Of a stretch of 64,000 nt of DNA, positions 47,725 to 57,109 are shown piece after piece. This stretch comes from a virus: positions 1-64,000 of the IMG/VR virus record IMGVR_UViG_3300017987_000073. One strand, given 5' to 3'. The notes under the pieces are model-generated. The model saw only the letters and a list, made by a program, of their open reading frames with translations. It was not told the DNA's origin and searched no databases. How positions within the stretch are numbered: the first letter of the stretch is position 1; each line of letters begins with the position of its first letter. A program made the position numbers and the translations under genes.

Positions 47725-49049
47725 TTGCCCCCCTTGCCCCCGAAGTAGTCGTCTGTGTGCTTTCCGATCCGACAGATCTCCGGCTGGAACTCGAACCCGA
47801 CCGTCACGTTCTGCGGCCCGCGCCGCTGCTTCGCGATCTTCACCTCGAGCACGTCCTCGTCGTCCTCCTCCGGGTTGTAGTACGCCGACCGATGGAGCAG
47901 GAGGACCAGGTCGGCGACCTCCTCGTACCCCCCGGAGTTCTTCAGCTCGTGGAGGTGCGGCCGCGGGTTCTTCACCCGTTTGATCCTCCTGATCTGCTGC
48001 ACCACCACCGCGCAGAACTTCCGCCGCTTGGCGAGCTTCTTGAGGCGCCGGAGCTCAGCGGTCACGTAAGCGGCGTCCAGCTCCCCCTGGAGGAGGTACT
48101 CGAAGAGGTCCAGGATCACCACGTCGAAGTCCTCCTGCTCCACCGTCGCCTCGAGCTCGTCCAGGTTGCTCATCTGATCGTCGAACACGACCCTCTCGTC
48201 CGCGAGAAGCTCCCGCGCCTTCTTCCGGAGACCCGACAACTCCTCCCCGGTGAGTTCGTCCGGAGTCTTGATCACCTTCTCCGCCTTGACCCGAGCCCTC
48301 ATACACGCGATCTGCTCGACCACCGACTCCGTCCCGGCCTCCACCGGAACCGAGAGCACCCGCTTTCCGTGGTTCACGAGCCGAGAAGTCAGGTTCGAGC
48401 AGAAGGTCGACTTCCCCATTCCTGGACGACCTGCGACCACGACCACCCTCCCCGGCCTCAACCCCTCGTAGAGTTGATCGTCCAACCCGGAGAAGTGCGT
48501 GGGAACGAAGTTCTCCGTCCTCCGGTTGGCGAGCTCCAGGAGCTCCCCGTACCACTCGTTCAGGAGACCAGTCCCCCTCCGTGAGCGGGAGTCCGCCGAA
48601 CTCCCCTCACGGAGCTTTCGGAGGACCTCCATCGCGACCGCCTCGGCGTCCTCGACGCTCGCGTGGACGTCGTCCAGCGTGTCGTAGAGCCGAGAGAACG
48701 GCTCCGCCGCCGCGTACTTCGTCGCCCCCGCCCGGAGGAGCTCCAGGTGAATCCGAAAGTTCTCCGCGCTCAGGGCCCCGAAGTTGTCCTCCAGGTCCCG
48801 GAGGTACTTGTACTTGACCACCTCCCCGGTGATCTGGATCACCGAGTCCGCCGCGTAGCTCGCCCCCCGCTTCCTCAGCTCCCGAAGCGCCTCCATCGTC
48901 GCCCGGTGCGTCGGGTGAGTGAATAGCTCGGGGTCGATCCGGAGGACCTCCCGCTCGAACGTCTCCGGGTCCCCGACCAGCGCCCCGAGAACCACCTGCT
49001 CGTTCCCCGTGTTGACGTCGATCACCAGGTTCGTCTTGTCCTCACCCAC
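47721..49049 (-). CDS. dnaB: replicative DnaB-like helicase
   Basis: AGRPGMGKST, QQIRR, PHLHELKNSGGYEEVAD, IAKQRRGP. Confidence 0.93.
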   Translation of the reverse strand: MGEDKTNLVIDVNTGNEQVVLGALVGDPETFEREVLRIDPELFTHPTHRATMEALRELRKRGASYAADSVIQITGEVVKYKYLRDLEDNFGALSAENFRIHLELLRAGATKYAAAEPFSRLYDTLDDVHASVEDAEAVAMEVLRKLREGSSADSRSRRGTGLLNEWYGELLELANRRTENFVPTHFSGLDDQLYEGLRPGRVVVVAGRPGMGKSTFCSNLTSRLVNHGKRVLSVPVEAGTESVVEQIACMRARVKAEKVIKTPDELTGEELSGLRKKARELLADERVVFDDQMSNLDELEATVEQEDFDVVILDLFEYLLQGELDAAYVTAELRRLKKLAKRRKFCAVVVQQIRRIKRVKNPRPHLHELKNSGGYEEVADLVLLLHRSAYYNPEEDDEDVLEVKIAKQRRGPQNVTVGFEFQPEICRIGKHTDDYFGGKGGK

Positions 49050-49689
49050 GGTTCCGCTCCCTTCGCGTCTCACCGATCATCAGGATCTCCTCGAACCGAC
49101 CCAAGAAGTCGTAGAACCTCGGAGATTGACTTTTGAGCTCCTCGTCCGACAGGTTGCAGGTCAGCACGGTCGAGAGCTCCTCGTCGTACCGGTGCTCGAT
49201 CACCCTCTCGAGGAAGTCTCGCTCCCCCTTGTAGTCCGCGATCCGCCCGATGTCGTCGATCACCAGGAACGCGCAGTTGAACAACCGCCCCCTGATCTGC
49301 TCGTAATCCTCCGAGTCCTCGTCGTCCACCACCCGGTTGAACCGGTACTCCCCGATCTCGGACGCCCGAGCGAAGAGGGGCACCCGCTCCGCGTCGAAGA
49401 AGTGGATCCCCCGACTCTTGATCCCCAGGTACGCGCGCCGGAGCAGGCACGCCGAGCTCATCGTCTTCCCCGTCCCGAAGTTCCCGCCGATCAGCAGGTG
49501 GACCGGGTCCTCCAAAAACGACCCCTCCAGCAGATCGTCGGCGAGCTCCTCGAGTCGCTTCAGCGACTTCGCGTAACCTTTCCCGCCGAGGTCCCGCATC
49601 TCCGAGACCTCCACCGCGGCGAGCCGAGATGGTATCCGCAATCGGCGGGCGATCCTTCGGCACCGCTCCTCGTCAACTCCGTCCTTCAT
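49042..49689 (-). CDS. DnaC/IstB-like helicase loader ATPase
   Basis: GNFGTGKT, LVIDDIG, RY..TCNL. Confidence 0.9.
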   Translation of the reverse strand: MKDGVDEERCRRIARRLRIPSRLAAVEVSEMRDLGGKGYAKSLKRLEELADDLLEGSFLEDPVHLLIGGNFGTGKTMSSACLLRRAYLGIKSRGIHFFDAERVPLFARASEIGEYRFNRVVDDEDSEDYEQIRGRLFNCAFLVIDDIGRIADYKGERDFLERVIEHRYDEELSTVLTCNLSDEELKSQSPRFYDFLGRFEEILMIGETRRERNRG

Positions 49690-50950
49690 TTCTCCTTCGC
49701 TCCCTCTCTGCGATCACGCGCTCCCAGTTCTCTCGAGTCCCGGCCCGGTCGTTGACCTCCCGAAGCGTCTCGCGCCGACCGCCGGCGTTCCTTCCCCTTC
49801 TATCCAAAATGTCCAGAAGCGTCTGAGGATTACTCGGGGTGAAAAAGTAGTTGAAGCTCACCGGTTGCCCCCGAGCTTCCGCCCGCTCCAGAATCGCGTC
49901 GATCGCGTCCCTCGCTCGAGCTCGATCCCCCTTCAGGTGTCGGTTCGTGAAGCTCGCCGCGTTCTTCGCCGAGGCGGCGATCGCCCGGTTCTTCACCCCG
50001 GCCGCGTAGAAGTTCTCGTCCTCCTCCCCAAACGCCGCCAGGTACTTCGTCACCCAGTACCCCACGAGGTCCATCCCGGACCACATCTTCACCAACCTCG
50101 AAGCGTGAGCGGAGAGTTCCCACCGCTTCGAGGGGGTTTCTGCGAGCTCGGGTCCGCTCGGGGGTCGAAGTTGCTTCACCCTCCTCCCCGAGCTCCTCGC
50201 CTCCCTCTCCGCGATCTTTTCCGCGGCCCGCTTCAAACCCTCGGGCGAGTCCTTGTCGTGAGTGTCCTCGATCTCCTCGTCCCCCAACTCCTCGTCTCCG
50301 GATTCCTCGAGCTCGTACACTTTCTTTCCTCGTCCGGGGTGTGTATCAGATTTCTCCTCGTTCACTTTCGCTCGAGGTGATTCACCTCGAGCTAACATAG
50401 AACTCTTATCCTCTACTCTTAAAGATCTCTTATTGGGGGTGTCAGTTTGACGCACCCCCCTGTGTTGTTTTGACGCACCCCCCCTGTGTTGTTTTGACGC
50501 ACCCCCTTCGTCCTCTTGGGGTGCGTCGTTTTGACGCACCCCCCTGCGTTGATTCGCCGCACCCCCCTCTGTACACTTGCTCTCGTCTAGGGTCTGTACG
50601 CGATCATCAGCGGTCCGATCGCGGGCCTTCTCGGTGAGGAACTTCTCGTTCGAGGGGTCGTCCAACCACTCCGGCCAGAGCGGCTTGACGTCCACGAGGT
50701 GCATCCCGCGCCTCCGCTTCCGCCGGCGCTCGACCAGGCCGAGGTCCTCCAGCTTGTCGAGGATCCGATTCACGTTTCTGCGGTCGTCGATCCCGGACAC
50801 CTCGGCCAACTTCTTGATGCTGAGGTTGTTTCTCTTCATCTCGTCCCACGTGTGGATCACCGACCAGAGGTACTTGTCCCGAAAGGTCAGATCCTTGCAG
50901 TGAGCGATCGGAGCTGGGATCTGATAGAATACGTAATCCTTGGAGTTCAC
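49673..50950 (-). CDS. replication initiator with N-terminal wHTH
   Basis: wHTH; internal iterons; upstream of loader, helicase and primase. Confidence 0.8.
   Translation of the reverse strand: MNSKDYVFYQIPAPIAHCKDLTFRDKYLWSVIHTWDEMKRNNLSIKKLAEVSGIDDRRNVNRILDKLEDLGLVERRRKRRRGMHLVDVKPLWPEWLDDPSNEKFLTEKARDRTADDRVQTLDESKCTEGGAANQRRGVRQNDAPQEDEGGASKQHRGGASKQHRGVRQTDTPNKRSLRVEDKSSMLARGESPRAKVNEEKSDTHPGRGKKVYELEESGDEELGDEEIEDTHDKDSPEGLKRAAEKIAEREARSSGRRVKQLRPPSGPELAETPSKRWELSAHASRLVKMWSGMDLVGYWVTKYLAAFGEEDENFYAAGVKNRAIAASAKNAASFTNRHLKGDRARARDAIDAILERAEARGQPVSFNYFFTPSNPQTLLDILDRRGRNAGGRRETLREVNDRAGTRENWERVIAERERRRNEGRS
50395..50570. repeat. replication origin: iterons plus AT-rich flank inside the initiator gene
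   Basis: TTTGACGCACCCCC x4 plus a degenerate copy; inverted GGGGTGCGTC-N5-GACGCACCCC at 50518-50542; AT-rich 50395-50434. Confidence 0.85.
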
Positions 50951-51315
50951 GGTCGCACCTCCCCCTCCTCGAACGTGTCCCAGTCGTCGTACATCTCCCC
51001 GTCCTCGTCGATCACCGTGACCCACCCGTCGCAAGCGTAGGCGGCCGCTTCCTGGGCCAGCCACTCGGGACAACGGATCCGGTACCCGCGCTTCTCCACG
51101 CTCCAACTGATCACCAGCCCCTTACCCTTCAGATCCTCCATCACCTCGAACAAACGCTCGACGGTGACGCCGACCCGTCCGGCGATCTCCCCCCAGTCGG
51201 CCGGTCGATCGGTGTAGGTCCAGGTGTCCAGCGAGCCGAAGACCGCCTTCTCCTCGAAGGTCAACCGCTCGCTGGCCATCACCTCCAGCGGCGTCAAGAA
51301 TAACGGGAAATTCAT
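50947..51315 (-). CDS. wHTH protein paralogous to the initiator N-terminus
   Basis: LTFEEK/LTFRDK, DTW/HTW, GLV, PEWL shared. Confidence 0.75.
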   Translation of the reverse strand: MNFPLFLTPLEVMASERLTFEEKAVFGSLDTWTYTDRPADWGEIAGRVGVTVERLFEVMEDLKGKGLVISWSVEKRGYRIRCPEWLAQEAAAYACDGWVTVIDEDGEMYDDWDTFEEGEVRP

Positions 51316-51372
51316 CGGACCCTCCTCCGCGAAAGTTTGACGAGGTGTTGTACCGCGTCCCCTGTTCAGTTG

Positions 51373-51702
51373 TTAACGCGATGTTCGCGGGGCGTGATCC
51401 GAGCAGAAGCGGAGGGGCCCGCCGAGGACGTCCGAGGTCGAGGCTTCCGAGCAACCGGCGACGCCGCAGAGTCGGATCGCGTGCCGCGGCCGCACCTTGG
51501 CGTGGAAGAACCGCCCCTTGCTCTCGCTCGCGACCAGGGCGTGGAACAGGTCCCGAGCTCCGGGGTAACGGTAGGCGGGTCCGGCCTTGAACCAGACGAT
51601 CAGGTCCTCCCCTATCACCCCGGCCGCGGCCAGGTTCGAGCTCTCGACCTCGGCGAACTCCTCCACGAGCTCGCGGTCGGTGTCCAGGTACTTGGCGTTC
51701 AC
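51373..51702 (-). CDS. KTSC domain protein
   Basis: VESSNL...LIVWFK..YRY...SESKGRFF. Confidence 0.85.
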   Translation of the reverse strand: MNAKYLDTDRELVEEFAEVESSNLAAAGVIGEDLIVWFKAGPAYRYPGARDLFHALVASESKGRFFHAKVRPRHAIRLCGVAGCSEASTSDVLGGPLRFCSDHAPRTSR

Positions 51703-52390
51703 GGTTTCACCTCCTCCTCTTTGGCGTCCAGCAGGCGGGCCTCCCGAACGTGTTTCTTGGCCTCCTCGATCACCGCCGCTCGAGCCGCGTCCGCCAGCCC
51801 GAACAGGACGTTCGCTCGCTCCCACGCCTGAAGGTTGTGGAACCTCCTTCGATCCCGCGCGAGAACCTCCGCGTCCGACCCGAAGACCGGCGTCCGGACG
51901 AGGTTAAAGATCCGCTCGACGACGTGCGGAGCCGCCGCCCCACCCTCCAGGAGCTCGGCGACGAACTCCTCGACCCGTCCGAGGTCGTACTTCTCCTCCT
52001 CAATGGCGTACAGCGGGCGATCGGGGTCGAACCCGGGGCAGATCGACACCCCGTCGATCTCGATCGAACCGTCCTCTCGTCGCCAGCCGCTCAACTCGAA
52101 GTGCGCGTTCGCCTTCTTCATCGTCGACCTCCCCCCAGCGGATCGAAGTGCCACTGAGCCGCCGTCGAGCAGCACCTCGCGATCCGCTCCGGCGTGAATC
52201 CGTTTCGCTTCAGAAGCTCCACGGCCAGGTCGATCAGAACCACCGCCGCGGTCACCTTGTCCAACCTCGCTCGGCTCGCGTTGACCAGCACGTGGCGCTG
52301 GAAGACGTCGGCGACGTCCTCGTCCACCGTGGGACCCTCGCCCGGTACGAAGAACCGGGGCGCGTGCCCCGGGAGCACGATCTTACCCAT
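51699..52390 (-). other. two hypothetical genes (51699-52121, 52118-52390)
   Basis: coupled ORFs. Confidence 0.55.
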
Positions 52391-54014
52391 TCAAAACCTC
52401 CCTCTCGAGCTCTCGCACGAGCTCGGGCGTCAGGGGTTCGCGCGACTCCGGCGTCTCCGAGTACCACACCCGGTGGGGCGCCCTCACCGCTCGGAAGACC
52501 TCCCGCAGGTGGCCCTTTAAACCTCGGACTTTCTTATCCCAAAAGTAAAAGTAGGTCGCGTCCCCCTTCGTCGGGTGCTTCCGCTTGAAACGCCCGAGCT
52601 GCTGCGTCAAGCGCCCGGGGTTGCTCGCCGTCGGCGTGCACCCGAATCCGCGGGCCAGACGCCCGATGTCCATCCCCTCGTCCCCGACCGTGGTCCCCAC
52701 CGCGACCAGGAGCGACCCGTCCCCGAGGCGCTCCGCCGTCCGGTCCTGCTCCTTGGAGTTCTTGCCCGCCATCAGACGACCGCAGTCCACCTTCCGGCGC
52801 TTCAGCCACGCCTGGAGCTCCAGGCAGAACTCCCGGCGGTCCGCCAGGAGGAGACACGTCCGCCCCGAGTGGATCTCCGGGAGGAGGTACTCCAGGATCC
52901 GCGCCTGGCGCCCCCGGTCCCGGGACATCTCGTCGAGCATCTCCCCGTGGGTGTTCAGCGGGCCGTCGAAGAGCGTTTTCCCGGCCCACCGCTTGACCGC
53001 GGCGACCGCCGACTCCCGCTCCCTCCGGTCGAAGCCCTCCCGCTCGAGAAACCCCTCCAGGTTCAGGTCGAACTCGAAGTCCGTCGGGACCACCACCACG
53101 TCCACCGGGATGATCCGACCGTAACGGTCGAGGTCCTCGTCCCGGATCTGGAACAGGACCCTCGGCCCGACCGTCCGCCCCTCGCCCCGCTTCTTCCGGG
53201 TGTACTCCGACCCGAAGGAGTCGAAGAAGAGGACCTCCTTCCCGTCCTTCCGCTTCGGGGTCGCGGTCGCCGCGATCCTCCACCTCGCCGGAAACGAGTT
53301 CACGAGCTCGGCGAAGGTCGTCGCCGGCGCGTGGTGCGCCTCATCCAGGACCAGACACCCCCACCGCCTCGCGAAGCTCGGGTCCCTCCGAACCAGGTTC
53401 AGCACCGTCTTGACCATCCCGATCGTCAGGTTCCGCTCCCGCTTCGCCTTCCCGTACAGAACCCCGATCTCACTCTCCTCGACGAAGAACCGCTCCGCCG
53501 CCTTCTGGAGCCACCCCTTCAGGATCCGCTCCGTGTGCACGAGCACGAGGGCGCGTTCGCCGGCGTCGCTGATTAACTTCAGGAGGATCTCCGTCTTCCC
53601 GCTCGCGCAGGGCCCGAGGATCACCCCCTGGCGCCGGAGGAGCGCCTGCCGCGCCGCGCTCAACTGGTCGGCCCCGAGGTTCCACTCGCTCGGCTCGGCG
53701 TAGGTGACCCCGAGCGGTCCGGTCCCGCGGACCGTTCGGTCGTCCACCGCCGGCTCCGCACCGTTCCTCCGGAGGATCTCGACGAACCGGTCCCACCCTC
53801 CGCGGGGAAGGAGGAGCTCCTCCGGGGTCACCTCGACCAGTCCGATCGTCCGCGGCGTGTCTCCGGTGTAGAACCCGAGGCGTTTCTTCTTCCAGAAGTC
53901 CGGGTTGTCGTACTCGAAGGCGTCGCGGAACTCGCGGATCTTGAACCCCTTGTCCAGGAGTTCCTCTTTAGATAATCGTAACTTGGCGTCTATCGTGACG
54001 TTGATTCGTTGCAT
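52383..54014 (-). CDS. SF2 DEAH helicase (second), apparently leaderless
   Basis: CASGKT, DEAHH, TATP, EGMD, QQLGRFKR; TATAAC 5 nt before ATG and no SD. Confidence 0.9.
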   Translation of the reverse strand: MQRINVTIDAKLRLSKEELLDKGFKIREFRDAFEYDNPDFWKKKRLGFYTGDTPRTIGLVEVTPEELLLPRGGWDRFVEILRRNGAEPAVDDRTVRGTGPLGVTYAEPSEWNLGADQLSAARQALLRRQGVILGPCASGKTEILLKLISDAGERALVLVHTERILKGWLQKAAERFFVEESEIGVLYGKAKRERNLTIGMVKTVLNLVRRDPSFARRWGCLVLDEAHHAPATTFAELVNSFPARWRIAATATPKRKDGKEVLFFDSFGSEYTRKKRGEGRTVGPRVLFQIRDEDLDRYGRIIPVDVVVVPTDFEFDLNLEGFLEREGFDRRERESAVAAVKRWAGKTLFDGPLNTHGEMLDEMSRDRGRQARILEYLLPEIHSGRTCLLLADRREFCLELQAWLKRRKVDCGRLMAGKNSKEQDRTAERLGDGSLLVAVGTTVGDEGMDIGRLARGFGCTPTASNPGRLTQQLGRFKRKHPTKGDATYFYFWDKKVRGLKGHLREVFRAVRAPHRVWYSETPESREPLTPELVRELEREVLNG

Positions 54015-54136
54015 AACCCGTTATAACCGAGCGATGTGAATGGTCCGTTTACAGGGGAGGTTTTCAAAAAGTCGAGGGGGGAACGTTGAAAAGTTCGGGG
54101 ACCCCGACCCGCGGCGACGATCCGGACCGGGGCCCC

Positions 54137-54577
54137 CTAGTGGGCCATCTTTTGAACTTGCTCCAAAGAATCCGCAGGTTTTCTCAACTTCGGACGCGCG
54201 ACGCGCTTCTCGACCGCGGCGAGCGGCTTCCGCTTGGTGAGTTCGGCGAGGTCCTTCTCCGGGATCGGGGCTTGCCGGCGGGGACTCCGCGCTAACTTCA
54301 CCAGGAGCCCCACGAGCTCCCGGCGGTCGTTCGCCGCCTCCCTCCGGATCTCCGCGAGCTCGCGCCGAGCGGCCTCGAGCTCCGCCTTGTTGGCCCTCAC
54401 CCACTCCTGGAGGCGGACGATCTGGTCGGCCTTCTCGCGATTCACCGCCGCGACCGTCGTGGTCTCCGCCTGGTACTGACTCCGCACCGCCGAGTAGGCC
54501 CCCGGCAGCGCCACGATCGCGTAGGCGATCACCTTCCCGATCGCGCGCCGGCGGCGCGTCCTCGCGTCCTCGCTCAT
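54137..54577 (-). CDS. membrane-anchored coiled-coil protein
   Basis: N-terminal TM then heptads. Confidence 0.65.
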   Translation of the reverse strand: MSEDARTRRRRAIGKVIAYAIVALPGAYSAVRSQYQAETTTVAAVNREKADQIVRLQEWVRANKAELEAARRELAEIRREAANDRRELVGLLVKLARSPRRQAPIPEKDLAELTKRKPLAAVEKRVARPKLRKPADSLEQVQKMAH

Positions 54578-54590
54578 CTCGACCTCCCGG

Positions 54591-54974
54591 TCACTCGTCG
54601 CCGTTGGCCGCCAGCATCTCCGCGGTCACCGCGGGGTGCTCCTGCCCGGTGAGTTTCTTCCGGGTCACCGTGGATTCGCTGCGGGTCGCCGCGGCGAGCT
54701 GAACCACCTTGGTCGAGCTGATCTTCGCCAGCTCGGCGGCGGCCAGGGCCCGCACGTGCGGACGGCGACTTCTCAGACCCTCCTGGGCGTGGAGAGCGAC
54801 CTTCAGTTGACCCTCGTCGATCAGACCTCGATTCAAGAGGAGCTCCCCCAGGATTCGGTCCTCGCTCATTCGGCTCTGCTCCCGGAGGACGTTACCCAAC
54901 TCCGACCGCGAGATCGCCTTCATCCGAACGAGGATCGACCCCAGGGAGTGAACCCCCGTGTCGTCTCTGCTCAT
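54591..54974 (-). CDS. stand-alone MshEN-like domain protein
   Basis: tandem SLGSILVRMKAISRSELGNVLREQ and ILGELLLNRGLIDEGQLKVALHAQ. Confidence 0.75.
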   Translation of the reverse strand: MSRDDTGVHSLGSILVRMKAISRSELGNVLREQSRMSEDRILGELLLNRGLIDEGQLKVALHAQEGLRSRRPHVRALAAAELAKISSTKVVQLAAATRSESTVTRKKLTGQEHPAVTAEMLAANGDE

Positions 54975-55198
54975 GGTTGCTGACTCCTGCGGATCTCCTT
55001 CACGTCCTCCCTGACCTGCTGCAAGGTGGAGTGAACCTGCTCGTCCTTCTTCACCTGGGCGACCGCCAACTCGTAGAGCTTGTCCGACAGTGAGACGGAA
55101 CGCCTCCAGAGCGCGACGACCCCGACGAGCAAGGTCGCGCAGAGCAACCCCCAGGGGGCGCCGGACTCGAGGAGTCCCTTCAACAGCGAGTGCGTCAT
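54971..55198 (-). CDS. small holin-like membrane protein
   Basis: 75 aa, one TM plus coiled-coil tail. Confidence 0.5.
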   Translation of the reverse strand: MTHSLLKGLLESGAPWGLLCATLLVGVVALWRRSVSLSDKLYELAVAQVKKDEQVHSTLQQVREDVKEIRRSQQP

Positions 55199-55275
55199 TC
55201 ACTTCTCCAGAGCGAGGGGGCGGCGTCACCCTTACAGGGTACCTCAAAAAGTCCACTTTCCAAGAGGGAGATGAA

Positions 55276-55752
55276 TCAGCGAGCGGCGCTCACGCCGGTG
55301 CAGACCCCGCCGGAGATCAACGCCCCGGTGATGAACGCGAGGTACCGGCTCTTGTACCACGGGGGGGAGGCGCTGGCGCCGTCCAGGGCCTTCTCGTAGA
55401 TCAGCTTCTGTCGGTCTAGGTCCCGGCGGAGCGCCTCGTACTTCGCCCGCTCAGCGGCGACCTCGGCGGCGTGGATCGCCGTCAACTTCTCGAGCCGCGC
55501 CTTGGTCTTCTCACGCTCGGCCTCGAGCTCGAGCTTGATCTTCCCGACGTCGGACTCGAGCTCGGTGACCAGCTTCGCCAGGGCGGCGGGGGTGAACAGA
55601 ACCCCGGTGAAGGGGACCTTCCCCCCCTCCTTCACCTCCGCCCGGCGAACGTCGAGTTTCGGTGGGTCAGCGCCGAAGGATCTCGTCGACGCGAGCGAGC
55701 AGAGCGTCGGGATCGTCAGTGAGATCACGAAACTTCTTAGCAGTCTGTTCAT
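55276..55752 (-). CDS. exported coiled-coil protein, spanin-like
   Basis: signal-like N-terminus, C-terminal hydrophobic segment, overlaps upstream gene by 86 nt; no clean lipobox. Confidence 0.45.
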   Translation of the reverse strand: MNRLLRSFVISLTIPTLCSLASTRSFGADPPKLDVRRAEVKEGGKVPFTGVLFTPAALAKLVTELESDVGKIKLELEAEREKTKARLEKLTAIHAAEVAAERAKYEALRRDLDRQKLIYEKALDGASASPPWYKSRYLAFITGALISGGVCTGVSAAR

Positions 55753-56005
55753 CGAGCTCCTCCAGTCGCTTCTTCTTACGCTCGGCGATCGCGCGGAGCT
55801 CGGCTTCGAGCTCCTTAACCTGTTTCTCCGCGATCGCGCGCGCCTTGGTCTCCGCGTTCTTCTCCTCGACCAAACGGGTCCGCTCGGAGTCGATCAACCC
55901 CGAGCGGTCCACACGCGGTCGGTTTCGGTGGATCAGGTACCAGATCACCCCGACCACCGCTGCGCCGACGCCGACGCCGATCAAAATCCAACCCCAGGTA
56001 GGCAC
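55667..56005 (-). CDS. inner-membrane spanin-like protein
   Basis: N-terminal TM plus coiled coil. Confidence 0.5.
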   Translation of the reverse strand: MPTWGWILIGVGVGAAVVGVIWYLIHRNRPRVDRSGLIDSERTRLVEEKNAETKARAIAEKQVKELEAELRAIAERKKKRLEELDEQTAKKFRDLTDDPDALLARVDEILRR

Positions 56006-56008
56006 GAC

Positions 56009-56617
56009 TCACCCCACCTTCGGCTTCGTGGCCTCGGCCGCGGCGACCTTCGCCTCCGCCTCCGGGATCTTGGCGAGGATCATCCCGCGGAGCTTGGCCT
56101 TGATCCGCTCCACTCCCTTCAGTTTGGCGTCGACCTGGTCGACGAACTCCCAGGCCCACTCCTCCTTCTTGGCCCCGTCGCTCTTCACCCCCTTCTCTCT
56201 GAGGTAAGCGGCTCCCTTCTTCTCCGCGTAGGTCGCCGCCTTGTCCGCGATCCCGTCGAGCGTCTCGAGTTCGACTTTCAGACCCATCTTCCGCAGAAGC
56301 CAGAAGACGAGGACCGACAGAACCGGGATCAGAATCGGCACCACCAGCTTGAAGATCACGTCGTAGAGCAGCGCCTGCCACCAGGTTTGTGTGGGCTCCT
56401 GAGCGGCCGCAGGGGCGGTCGCCGGCGCGGTGGTGCTCTCGCCCACGTGAGGCGCCGCGGGCGTCGTGGCGGGCGCCGACGGCGCCGGAGCGCCCGAATC
56501 CACGACCGCCCCGGCCGCGGGTTGGGTAGCGGTTCCCACGTCCGGGGCGGCTAGGATAGGTGCGGCTAAGCTAAGAGCGGTCACGATAACCAGAATTTGT
56601 GCAATTTTACGAGTCAT
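56009..56617 (-). CDS. holin-like (LL-H type) membrane protein with Ala/Pro-rich N-terminal extension
   Basis: TM then IADKAATYAEK...GAKKEEWA. Confidence 0.5.
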   Translation of the reverse strand: MTRKIAQILVIVTALSLAAPILAAPDVGTATQPAAGAVVDSGAPAPSAPATTPAAPHVGESTTAPATAPAAAQEPTQTWWQALLYDVIFKLVVPILIPVLSVLVFWLLRKMGLKVELETLDGIADKAATYAEKKGAAYLREKGVKSDGAKKEEWAWEFVDQVDAKLKGVERIKAKLRGMILAKIPEAEAKVAAAEATKPKVG

Positions 56618-56641
56618 TTCACTCTCCTTTTCGAAAGTTGG

Positions 56642-57097
56642 TCACTGCGGGGCGTGTTCCCCGCAGGTGCTCACGTTCTCGGTGTCCGGGGTGACCGGCG
56701 CGAGGGTGGCGGCCGGGCGCGCCGGGCGCGTCGACTCCGGGAGACTCGACGCCGACGGGTCCGAGGTGGGCGCCGCCCCGGTCGGGATCGACAGCTTCTT
56801 CGCGGCGACCTTCTCGATCACCCGCTTCGCCAGGCCCTCGACCCGCTCGACGGGCTTCCCGTTCTCGATCCGCTCCACCTTCGACTCCTCGAGCGCGACC
56901 GGGAGGACCTCCCGCTCGGCGTGGTCGACGGCGTCGAGCAGAGCGGAGACCGAGAGCTTGACTCGCCGCGCGCAGGTGGGACACAACGCGTTGTGGATCG
57001 ACCTCGTGCCCCGCCGACGGAGCTCCCGGAGGTCCTCCAGGGGGATCTCGACCTCGAAGTCGTGCCCGTCGCAGGGCACCGTGAAGGTTTGAATCAT
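56642..57097 (-). CDS. hypothetical protein
   Basis: SD-led ORF with CxxC. Confidence 0.6.
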   Translation of the reverse strand: MIQTFTVPCDGHDFEVEIPLEDLRELRRRGTRSIHNALCPTCARRVKLSVSALLDAVDHAEREVLPVALEESKVERIENGKPVERVEGLAKRVIEKVAAKKLSIPTGAAPTSDPSASSLPESTRPARPAATLAPVTPDTENVSTCGEHAPQ

Positions 57098-57109
57098 CTC
57101 GTCCTCCGA

